Positions 8,701 to 16,301 are shown, counted from the first letter of the stretch. The stretch: 43,502 bases of DNA from Eubacteriales bacterium (GCA_045129415.1 JBGVJM010000050.1:1-43502); one strand, 5' to 3'. Program-made: numbers and translations. The notes: generated from the letters alone by a model not told the origin.

Positions 8701-8730
8701 ATAATATGAAAATACGACACGTATTGACAA
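8701..8730 (-). promoter_or_regulatory. Possible mazF promoter (TTGTCA-N18-TATTAT)
   Basis: Read on the minus strand. It overlaps back-to-back with a + strand TTGACA. Confidence 0.35.
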
Positions 8731-8751
8731 GCAAAATTAGACGCTCCAACC

Positions 8752-8780
8752 TTGACAAACGGATAAAAAAGGAGTATTAT
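8752..8780 (+). promoter_or_regulatory. Putative promoter of the LtaS-like/YidC-TagF operon (TTGACA-N17-TATTAT)
   Basis: TTGACA is at 8752-8757 and TATTAT at 8775-8780. The predicted TSS near 8787 argues against the GTG 8785 start and for ATG 8827. Confidence 0.5.
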
Positions 8781-8826
8781 TATTGTGTATGAATATATTT
8801 ATCCGATTTTTGAGGAGATCAGTATA

Positions 8827-10698
8827 ATGAGCGCAAAAAACAAGAAAAAAAACAAAAAGCCAAACGCTCGCGCGGCGACGGAGGCGGTTGCCTTCAAGCG
8901 CGATGAGGGAAAGAAATATAAAGCAATAAGAAAGATACCTCTTTCGCTGCTTTTGGCATTTACCGCACCGCTTACGGTGTGCTTTTTCGGCCCGTTTGAA
9001 ACTTATTGCGGAAACATGGATGAATTTTTGTTTTCGCTTGGTGATTTCTTTCCGCTTTGCATAGCTGCAGCTGTGGCTATGGCGGTTGTTGTTTTTTCTG
9101 TGTTGATGATACTTAACGGCAGAGCATACGATATAGCAACCGCCCTTATATCCTGGTGCAGTATTATGACATTTTTGCAAAGGCATTATCTCAACTTTGG
9201 CGTGAATTCGCTCGCGGGAGATGGTGTGGGAGAAGCTGAAGCCCCCATAGTTGCGGTTGTTTTAACATCTCTTCTTTGGGCAGTAACGGGTGTTGCGAGT
9301 GTTTTTGCCGCGATATGGTTTAAGAAAAAGAATATAGCGCACTTCTTTGTATCGTGTGCCGTGGTTCTTGTTGTGATACTTGCAACTCAAGCCATTGGTT
9401 TTGTTTCGCTCTCACTCACAACGGACGTTTACGTTCCGGTTACCGACAGAGCTGACAACGAGTCCGACACGGGCGAGCCGAGCGATGCAAATCAGCCATC
9501 CGTGCTGACATACGCAAACCTTAATAAGCTTTCGGGTAAAAAGAACGTTGTGGTCTTCGTTATCGATAGATTTGACGTGAGATATTTTGAGAGCTTGCAA
9601 AAGACCAACCCTGAGTTTTTGGAGGGTCTTGACGGATTCACTTTCTATAACGATTACACGAGTCTCTATTGTAGAACGTATCCCGCTATTGCGTCCATAC
9701 TTACGGACAGGGATAATAATTTTGACAAAACAAGGCTTGATTACTTCAAAGAAATATACACGGACGGCGGTCCAATGAGAAAGCTTCACGGTGAGAGCTA
9801 CGACGTAAACGTATATACTGAAAAATATTACGCTTATGACGATGCAAATTACATGAAGGATTATGTTGGAAATATTTCGGGCACCGACGGATACGAAATC
9901 GTGGCTGGAGAGTTTTTGTCAATTGATATGCTTAGACTGTCGCTGGGAACCTGTCTCCCGCTTCCTCTTAAGGATGCCGTGGGAAGCCTTAGCACTCCCG
10001 ATTTCAATGAGCATGCCGTTTATTTGTCGGACGAGCCCCTGTATGATGCTGATATGAAAAATGTCTACGATTACATAACCAAGGGTGACTTCAAGAAGAC
10101 AGACAGTGAGGGTCAATTAAGCTTCATACACATATTTGGATGTCATACCCCCGTTGTATATGACGAGGAATGGAACGAGATTCCGAAGGGTGACAAAAAG
10201 CAAAGCGATACCACAATGGCGCTCAGACAAAGTCTGACGATCATATATGAGTACATTGAAGAAATGAAGCGCCTCGGCGTATATGAGGATGCAACAATTG
10301 TTATAACGGGCGACCACCCGGCGGCGCTCAGCGACTCCAAACTTATAGGTGAGGCAGGCAAGAGCGACAACGGAACACGCGTTACAGCTATGTTGTTCAA
10401 AAAGGCCGGAGATGCGGGCACTGCTCTAAAAACGAGCACCGCGCAAATTTCTCAGGACGAGCTTTGGAACACGATATACGAATCCGAGGGATTGATACAT
10501 CTTAAGGATGGGCAATCTTTCTTTGACATCTCCGAGGGAGAGGACAGAGTAAGAAGATATTTGTTTGAAAAAAGCGTTACACTTGAGGATGGCTCAAAGG
10601 CTGATGAAATAGTGGAATATAAGATAACGGGAACTGCCAGAAACAGAGAAAACTGGAAGGTGGAGAAGGTAACCGTTATTGGAAAAATATATAAGTAA
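8827..10698 (+). CDS. LtaS-like / sulfatase-superfamily polytopic membrane protein (phosphoglycerol transferase family)
   Basis: The N-terminal ~200 aa contain several TM segments. The extracytoplasmic alkaline-phosphatase-fold part carries VVVFVIDRFD, HIFGCHTP and VITGDHPA metal-ligand style motifs. ATG 8827 has GAGGAG 9 nt upstream. Confidence 0.75.
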   Translation: MSAKNKKKNKKPNARAATEAVAFKRDEGKKYKAIRKIPLSLLLAFTAPLTVCFFGPFETYCGNMDEFLFSLGDFFPLCIAAAVAMAVVVFSVLMILNGRAYDIATALISWCSIMTFLQRHYLNFGVNSLAGDGVGEAEAPIVAVVLTSLLWAVTGVASVFAAIWFKKKNIAHFFVSCAVVLVVILATQAIGFVSLSLTTDVYVPVTDRADNESDTGEPSDANQPSVLTYANLNKLSGKKNVVVFVIDRFDVRYFESLQKTNPEFLEGLDGFTFYNDYTSLYCRTYPAIASILTDRDNNFDKTRLDYFKEIYTDGGPMRKLHGESYDVNVYTEKYYAYDDANYMKDYVGNISGTDGYEIVAGEFLSIDMLRLSLGTCLPLPLKDAVGSLSTPDFNEHAVYLSDEPLYDADMKNVYDYITKGDFKKTDSEGQLSFIHIFGCHTPVVYDEEWNEIPKGDKKQSDTTMALRQSLTIIYEYIEEMKRLGVYEDATIVITGDHPAALSDSKLIGEAGKSDNGTRVTAMLFKKAGDAGTALKTSTAQISQDELWNTIYESEGLIHLKDGQSFFDISEGEDRVRRYLFEKSVTLEDGSKADEIVEYKITGTARNRENWKVEKVTVIGKIYK

Positions 10699-10716
10699 TA
10701 TCATTTGGAGATCACA

Positions 10717-12789
10717 ATGGATCAGATATTGTATTACATCTGCATTCCCTTAGGAGTGCTTATGAAATGGTGCTGGCAGCTTGTGGGCAATTACGGTATA
10801 GCCATATTGCTTTTCACGCTCGCCACGAAAATAGTTCTTTTGCCCATATCGATATGGATACATAAGAACTCCATACTCATGGTCAAGATACAGCCCGAGA
10901 TGAATATGTTAAAGGTCAAGTATCATAACGACCAGCAAACGCTGTCGCAGGAGCAGGCAAAGCTTTTCAAGAGGGCAAAATACCGCCCGATGCTTACGCT
11001 TGTGCCGCTTGTATTGCAGATAGTCCTTTTGCTTGGAGTGGTTTACATAATCAATAGACCTTTAAGCTATCTTTTCGGAGTTTCCGAGGCGGACATATTG
11101 GCTATGGCGGAGGCAGCGGGCGTGAACATGGAAAGCTCGTCCTTCCAGATAGCCTTGGTAGAGGCGATAAGAAACGGCGCTTACACGCTTCCCGAGGGCT
11201 TTGAGTGGCTTTTGGGCTCGGTAAAGAGCTTTGATACCGCGTTTTTGGGCATGGAGCTTACGCTCGTTCCGTCGGTCGTATGGGGAATATACGCTATAAT
11301 CCCGCTGCTTGCGGCGGCATCCTCTTGGCTGTTGTGCTTTGCGCAAAACAGCTCGAACGTGCTTCAACACGAGCAGGGCAAGGGCAACAAGTACGGAACA
11401 ATGATCTTCTCCGTTTTGCTTTCTTTGTATCTCGGTTGCTTTGTGCCTGCGGGTATTGCGCTTTATTGGATGGCGGGAAATATATTCTCGGTCATTCAGC
11501 TTTTGCTTCTCAATCTCACTATAAGCCCCAAGAAATACGTGGATTACGAGGCACTTGAGGCGAGCCGTGCCGAGCTTGAAAAAATAGAGGCGGCGGAGAA
11601 CACCGAGGAGAAAAAGCGCATAGCAAAAGAGAACAAAAAGCGCGAGACCGAGGACTATAAGAGATTTTTCTCCATAGTCAACAAGCATCTTGTAATATAT
11701 TCCGAAAAGAGCGGATTTTATAAGTATTATAAGGGACTTATAGAGGAGCTTCTCGCGGGCTCGGATATGGTGATACACTACGTTACCAACGACCCGAATG
11801 ACGTGATCTTTGAGGTTGCAAAAAAGCAGCCTCGCATCAAGCCATACTACATAGGACTCAAAAAGACGATATCGCTTATGCTCAAGCTTGAGTGCGATAT
11901 GATAGTTATGACCACGCCCGACCTTGAAAAATATTATCTCAAAAAGTCGCGTATGCAAAATGACATAGAGTACGTTTACGCACCCCACGCGCTGATGAGC
12001 ATGCACATGGGCATGAAGGAAGGCTCGCTTGATGCCTTTGACACCATATTCTGCGCGGGCGAGCATATTAAGCGAGAGGTAAAGGCGACCGAGCGCGTTT
12101 ACGGACTTCCCGAAAAGAACTGTGTTGAATTTGGCTATCCGCTTGTTGACGATCTTATCGTTATGGGACAAGAGGAGAGAAAAACTCACAAGACGGGCGG
12201 CAGACGCGAGATTCTGATTGCGCCCACGTGGAACGAGGATAACATTCTTGATTCCTGCATAGACGACCTCTTGAACGGCTTGCTTTGTGACGAATACCAC
12301 GTCACCGTGCGTCCTCACCCCGAGTACGTAAAGAGATACGGAAACCGTATGGATGCCATAGTCGAGCGCTGGCAGGACAAGATCGGAGAAGGACTCACCT
12401 TTGAGCTTGACTTTTCAAGCAACAAGTCAATTTATTCGTCCGATCTTATGATAACGGACTGGTCGGGAATATCCTTTGAGTTCAGCTTTGCAACCAAGAG
12501 ACCTACGCTGTTCATCAACACGAAGATGAAGGTGTTGAATGAGAATTGGCAAAAGATAGAGTGTGAGCCTATTGAAATAACGCTTCGAAACGAGATAGGA
12601 ATTTCTATTGAAAAGAGCGACGTTTCAAAGATCGGCGACATTGCAAAGGACACGTTCTCGCGCTCGCGCGAATATGAGCAAAAGATAGAGAAGGTGCTTT
12701 ACCGCGCGGTCTATAACGTTGGCGGCTCAAATGCCGTCGGAGCAAAATATATACTCCAAAAGCTTGTGGAAAAGCAGAGAAAGAGGTGA
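10717..12789 (+). CDS. Fusion protein: an N-terminal YidC/Oxa1-family insertase domain joined to a C-terminal CDP-glycerol glycerophosphotransferase (TagB/TagF family) domain
   Basis: The frame is uninterrupted. YidC motifs: YGIAILLFTLATKIVLLPISIW, KIQPEMNMLKVKY, PAGIALYWMAGNIFSVIQ. TagF motifs: ILIAPTWNED, VRPHPEY, SDLMITDWSGISFEFSFATKRPTLFI. ATG 10717 has GGAG 6 nt upstream. The track start at 10705 is TTG. Confidence 0.85.
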   Translation: MDQILYYICIPLGVLMKWCWQLVGNYGIAILLFTLATKIVLLPISIWIHKNSILMVKIQPEMNMLKVKYHNDQQTLSQEQAKLFKRAKYRPMLTLVPLVLQIVLLLGVVYIINRPLSYLFGVSEADILAMAEAAGVNMESSSFQIALVEAIRNGAYTLPEGFEWLLGSVKSFDTAFLGMELTLVPSVVWGIYAIIPLLAAASSWLLCFAQNSSNVLQHEQGKGNKYGTMIFSVLLSLYLGCFVPAGIALYWMAGNIFSVIQLLLLNLTISPKKYVDYEALEASRAELEKIEAAENTEEKKRIAKENKKRETEDYKRFFSIVNKHLVIYSEKSGFYKYYKGLIEELLAGSDMVIHYVTNDPNDVIFEVAKKQPRIKPYYIGLKKTISLMLKLECDMIVMTTPDLEKYYLKKSRMQNDIEYVYAPHALMSMHMGMKEGSLDAFDTIFCAGEHIKREVKATERVYGLPEKNCVEFGYPLVDDLIVMGQEERKTHKTGGRREILIAPTWNEDNILDSCIDDLLNGLLCDEYHVTVRPHPEYVKRYGNRMDAIVERWQDKIGEGLTFELDFSSNKSIYSSDLMITDWSGISFEFSFATKRPTLFINTKMKVLNENWQKIECEPIEITLRNEIGISIEKSDVSKIGDIAKDTFSRSREYEQKIEKVLYRAVYNVGGSNAVGAKYILQKLVEKQRKR

Positions 12790-12796
12790 CGGTGGA

Positions 12797-13054
12797 ATGA
12801 TGATCTTGAATATCGGGCCTACGGCTATGTACATTGACCCAACCGCTATAACCACCTCGCTGGTTTCGGCGAGCAGTATAATCATTGCGCTGGGTGCATC
12901 CGCGAGCGTTTTGCTGGGTAGAGCCACAACGCTCAGTGCGGCGGCAAGCGCGCGTATAACCAAGCTGACGCGCGGATTTGTAAATGCTTTTTGCGTCGTT
13001 GAGAACGGCGGCAAGAGCGTTGAGCAAAATATAACGCTCAAAAAGAAGCGCTGA
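12797..13054 (+). CDS. Hypothetical small (85 aa) Ala/Ser/Thr-rich protein with one hydrophobic segment
   Basis: ATG-ATG at 12797 lies 8 nt after AGAGGTG and 8 nt after the upstream stop. The ORF ends 15 nt before a strong terminator. The composition is odd and I recognised no family. Confidence 0.35.
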   Translation: MMILNIGPTAMYIDPTAITTSLVSASSIIIALGASASVLLGRATTLSAAASARITKLTRGFVNAFCVVENGGKSVEQNITLKKKR

Positions 13055-13068
13055 TAAAGAAAAAACGA

Positions 13069-13091
13069 AAGCCTGCGTAAAACGCAGGCTT
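13069..13091. terminator. Bidirectional intrinsic terminator
   Basis: AAGCCTGCG-TAAAA-CGCAGGCTT hairpin with A and T flanks, between convergent genes. Confidence 0.75.
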
Positions 13092-13099
13092 TTTATTAT

Positions 13100-13381
13100 T
13101 TATTTGCCCTCGGGAGTAACGCCTCTGTGAGGAAACTCGGAAAAATGGGGATCGCCCATTCTGTTTCTCATTCCGTCGGTGATGCCGTCGACAACGGATT
13201 CGGCTCCGTCAACGATAGAGGACTCCGTTTCTTTTGTTTCAGCCTTTGTTTCGGTGGTGGCTGTGCTTCCCGTACCCGTACCGCCACCGTTTCCTGCGGT
13301 GTTAGCGGTGCAGGATGCAAGAGTCAGAGAGCCTACACACATAACAAGGCACAATGCTATTGCGATAATATTCTTTTTCAT
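13100..13381 (-). CDS. Small lipoprotein (93 aa), Gly/Thr-rich linker
   Basis: MKKNIIAIALCLVMCVGSLTLASC contains the lipobox LASC. The ATG at 13381 is preceded by GGAG. Confidence 0.65.
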   Translation of the reverse strand: MKKNIIAIALCLVMCVGSLTLASCTANTAGNGGGTGTGSTATTETKAETKETESSIVDGAESVVDGITDGMRNRMGDPHFSEFPHRGVTPEGK

Positions 13382-13587
13382 AATACGATGCTCCAACGCC
13401 GCAAAGCGGCGATAAACTTTAGATTTCGGACAGGTCGCCAAGCAAATACTCGCTTTTGGCGGCAATTTATCCGCAATATTAGTATGAGCGAACAAAACTC
13501 AAAAAAACACATATTTTAATGCCAACAAAGGTAATAAAAGTAAAAAGATCCAATAAACTGTTATAAAAAGATTTTTCGGAGGCGGAC

Positions 13588-14397
13588 GTGCGGTGTAAGA
13601 TCTTAGCTTTTGTATTGGCGGCAGTCCTTTTGCTCCGCGGCGGTATGCTTGCGGCGCGCGCGGTCGAGGCGGACGGTGCGGTTGCATTGAGCCTTGAGGG
13701 CGAGGGTGATGAAACGGGCATTAAGGTGACCTTGTACTTGTCGTCGGACAATGGAATATGCGGACTTTTTGCCTCATTGTGTTATGATAGCGAGTCCGTA
13801 GTGCTTACGTCGTGCGGAATCGGAGAGGGCGCCGAGTCTCTTGTGCTTTCATACAACGATAATGAAGGCAGGGTTGACGTTTTGTTGGACGGATATGAAA
13901 ATTGCGCGCCCCGCGGCGCGCTGGTAAGCTTTTATTTCACCGCAAAGGATAGCCAAACGAAAAGCTTTGATTTCTCGCTTGAATTGGCGCAAGAGATCAG
14001 TGTCGCTTGTATTTCGGAGGGCGGCGACGTAATAAACGTAACACCCGATGCTTCGGGGTGCGCCACGACCGTCTTTTGCGACGCTCCGTCAAGTCAGGAT
14101 CCACCGTCGACGCTCGTTGGAATACATGCGAAAAGGGAAAACGGGAAAATGAAAATCGTTTTAACGGCAAGAAGCGCACCCTCACTCCTTGCGATAGGTT
14201 TTAAGCTTTTTGTGGTGGATACCGTTACGGCGAGGACACAAACGGTGCTCGTTGTTGCCGTAACCGACGGCGATGCGGTGAATTTGTGCGCCGAGCTTAC
14301 GGATATAAGCGGTGGTGTGTGCGTTATAGTCACCCCCACAATTTACAGCGGACGCACGGTGTCGGAAGGGCAAAAGAGCATATACGTATTTTGGTAA
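13588..14397 (+). CDS. Secreted hypothetical protein, beta-rich, possibly a cohesin-like fold
   Basis: The GTG start lies 5 nt after GGAGG. A signal-peptide-like N-terminus (ILAFVLAAVLLLRGGMLAARA) is present. VTLYLSSDNGICGLFASLCYDSESVVL resembles the cohesin core pattern, but this is only a weak inference. Confidence 0.5.
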   Translation: MRCKILAFVLAAVLLLRGGMLAARAVEADGAVALSLEGEGDETGIKVTLYLSSDNGICGLFASLCYDSESVVLTSCGIGEGAESLVLSYNDNEGRVDVLLDGYENCAPRGALVSFYFTAKDSQTKSFDFSLELAQEISVACISEGGDVINVTPDASGCATTVFCDAPSSQDPPSTLVGIHAKRENGKMKIVLTARSAPSLLAIGFKLFVVDTVTARTQTVLVVAVTDGDAVNLCAELTDISGGVCVIVTPTIYSGRTVSEGQKSIYVFW

Positions 14398-14401
14398 AAA
14401 T

Positions 14402-14429
14402 AAAAGCGCGTGATTTGCACGCGCTTTTT
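14402..14429. terminator. Bidirectional intrinsic terminator
   Basis: GCGCGTG-ATTTG-CACGCGC hairpin with A and T flanks. Confidence 0.75.
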
Positions 14430-14433
14430 GATA

Positions 14434-14649
14434 TTACATCTTGGATTGGATAAACTCCGCAAGCTTTGCGGGAGTGTTGTATACGGGGGAAATATCAACC
14501 TCAATACCTGTGTTGTCCTCAAGCTGAATAATAAGCTCGGCAAGATCAAGGGAGTCAAGACCCATCTGCGCAAATGTCATGTCGGCGGTGTATTCGTCAA
14601 TCTCTCTGTCCTGATACTCGGCTATTATTTCAATTATCTTCTGTTCCAT
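14434..14649 (-). CDS. Stand-alone acyl/peptidyl carrier protein (71 aa)
   Basis: MEQKIIEIIAEY...FAQMGLDSLDLAELIIQLED carries the phosphopantetheine-attachment motif GxDSL. ATG 14649 is preceded by GAGGAG at 7 nt. Confidence 0.8.
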   Translation of the reverse strand: MEQKIIEIIAEYQDREIDEYTADMTFAQMGLDSLDLAELIIQLEDNTGIEVDISPVYNTPAKLAEFIQSKM

Positions 14650-14714
14650 AAAAAGTCTCCTCTGTATGTATGTTTTGCAAAACGGACGGCGCACAACCGT
14701 CATCCTACTGCTTG

Positions 14715-14743
14715 ATTATATCATATTCTTATTGATTTGTCAA
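14715..14743 (-). promoter_or_regulatory. Exact consensus promoter TTGACA-N17-TATAAT (TGn extended) for the carrier-protein gene
   Basis: The minus strand reads TTGACAaatcaataagaatatgaTATAAT. Confidence 0.6.
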
Positions 14744-14758
14744 CATGTATATTGCATT

Positions 14759-14786
14759 AAAAAAGCAGGACGGATACCCGTCCTGC
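14759..14786 (-). terminator. Intrinsic terminator after htrA
   Basis: GCAGGACGG-ATAC-CCGTCCTGC hairpin (14765-14786) followed on the minus strand by TTTTTT. Confidence 0.75.
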
Positions 14787-14795
14787 CTTGTAAAA

Positions 14796-16286
14796 TTACT
14801 GTCCCTCTGCGCCGAGTGTAACGGTAACGGAATGATACTTTCCGTCTCGGTAGAAGGTTATTGCGATCTCGTCGCCGCCGTTGAACTCGTTGATTATGTC
14901 CATAACGGCATAAATATTTGCAACCTCGATGTTGTTTACCTTGGTGATTATGTCGCCCGCCTTGATTTTTGTTGCGGCATCAGCCGTGGGCGAGGTGGCG
15001 CTTACGTAAACTCCCGTTACCGCCGCATAGAAGGTGGTGGTGGGATTCGTTTTCGCATAAGCCTCGGTTACCTCCTGAATAGAGGTCGTTCCGTTCTCGT
15101 AAATGTTTTTGTAGTAAGTCTTGCCCTCAACTCCGACGCCGGTTATACCGATAAGCGGACGGGGAATGGAAATTCCCGAATTTACGTCGTTGGCATGCCC
15201 CTTTTTAATTATGGCCTCGGCATCAATAAGCGCACCGTCCGAGGGAATGGCAAAGCCCATGCCCGCGCTGTCGGAAAGCTTAAGGGTTATGATGCCCACC
15301 ACATGTCCGTGCATGTTGATCAGCGGGCCGCCCGAGTTTCCGGGGTTAACGGAGGCATCGGTCTGCACAACGTGCATTTTCTTTTTGAGAGTACCGTCTT
15401 TATTGTAAAGCTTTATCTCGCGGTCGGGGCAGGAGATTATACCCTGCGTTACGCTCCAGCCGAATTCGTCGCCCTCGGGAGTTCCGACTGCGTAAACTCG
15501 CTCGCCAACGCGACACTCGGAGGATTTTGCAAAGGTGGCGGGACGAAGTCCGGTCTTGTTTATCTTGATGACCGCAATGTCGTCCATCTCCTTGTAGCCG
15601 ATAACGGTCGCTACGTCGGGAGTATCCATTCCGTATCGCCAAACGTATACGGCTTTTGCGTTCTCAATTACGTGATGATTGGTCATAATGTAGCCGTTTC
15701 CGGAAAGGATTATGCCTGTTCCAACGCTTGAGCCGTTGTCAAGCTCGGCTTTTATGATAACTACGGAGTCCATAAACTCCTCGAGCATATCGGAGTCGGT
15801 GGAATACGAGGGCTCTCTGTCGGGAGTTGCCACGGGAATGCGAATAGCACCCGAGCCGCCGAAAAGTCCAAGTGTGCTTGCGATTGCCATAGCGACCAAG
15901 AGGAGAATGGCGGTGGCTGACAAAATTGCGGAAAGAGTTACGGCAAAATTTGAAGCTCCGTGCGGATTTTCCTTCTTTACCTTAACCTTTTTGTCTGTTT
16001 CAACGTCACTTGTCTCCGACTCGTCGGTTGGCTCGGCCTCGCTTGAATCCTCGCTTTCATGTGCTTCGGAATGTTCTTCGGTGGGCTCTCCCTCGGTGGG
16101 CTCTCCCTCGGCGGATTCTTGAGGCTCGGACGTCTCGGAGGTCTCTCCCTCTTCGGCAGTGATGCCCTCGTCGCTCTCCTCGCCCGTATATTTCCAGCCG
16201 AAAGCCTTTATGCTGTCGTCGCCCTCGGCTTTTGGAGCGTTGTTTTGCTCGTTTTCATTATTTATCTTGTTTTCGTTTTCGTTCAT
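14796..16286 (-). CDS. htrA: HtrA/DegP-family serine protease with a PDZ domain, a TM anchor and a long acidic N-terminal tail
   Basis: Trypsin-like motifs are TNHHV, D..A.IK and VNPGNSGGPLIN. The C-terminal PDZ-like segment contains GDIITKVN. ATG 16286 (MNENEN...) is preceded by GAAGGGA. Confidence 0.9.
   Translation of the reverse strand: MNENENKINNENEQNNAPKAEGDDSIKAFGWKYTGEESDEGITAEEGETSETSEPQESAEGEPTEGEPTEEHSEAHESEDSSEAEPTDESETSDVETDKKVKVKKENPHGASNFAVTLSAILSATAILLLVAMAIASTLGLFGGSGAIRIPVATPDREPSYSTDSDMLEEFMDSVVIIKAELDNGSSVGTGIILSGNGYIMTNHHVIENAKAVYVWRYGMDTPDVATVIGYKEMDDIAVIKINKTGLRPATFAKSSECRVGERVYAVGTPEGDEFGWSVTQGIISCPDREIKLYNKDGTLKKKMHVVQTDASVNPGNSGGPLINMHGHVVGIITLKLSDSAGMGFAIPSDGALIDAEAIIKKGHANDVNSGISIPRPLIGITGVGVEGKTYYKNIYENGTTSIQEVTEAYAKTNPTTTFYAAVTGVYVSATSPTADAATKIKAGDIITKVNNIEVANIYAVMDIINEFNGGDEIAITFYRDGKYHSVTVTLGAEGQ
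16081..16110. repeat. Perfect 15-nt tandem duplication inside htrA (encodes GEPTE-GEPTE)
   Basis: GTGGGCTCTCCCTCG appears twice, head to tail and in frame. Confidence 0.85.
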
Positions 16287-16301
16287 AGTATATCCCTTCT
16301 C

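Noticed and set aside
8569-8730. The in-frame N-terminal extension of the mazF ORF (54 extra codons in the track) might be a fused antitoxin or a longer toxin.
   Set aside because: The extension ([40 protein letters not shown]...) is basic, low-complexity and overlaps the promoter elements. A good SD precedes ATG 8568, which gives a canonical-length MazF.
8737-9186. A 149-aa minus-strand ORF upstream of mazF, considered as a possible antitoxin or partner.
   Set aside because: It is antisense to the LtaS-like gene and is Lys/Arg/His/Cys-rich low complexity. It is also separated from mazF by both divergent promoters.
11062-12318. Very long antisense ORFs opposite almost every real gene. Examples are a 418-aa ORF here, 1999-2922(+), 4332-5108(+), 14745-15731(+), 17949-18632(-), 21897-22823(-) and 25195-25920(-).
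   Set aside because: For the two I checked (11062-12318 and 1999-2922), the antisense ORF is codon-aligned with the sense gene, so its stops would correspond to sense TTA, CTA or TCA codons. I did not check the others. The aligned ORFs stay open simply because those codons are avoided. Their products are low-complexity or basic, they have no SD, and I recognise no motifs. The sense genes all carry strong family signatures.
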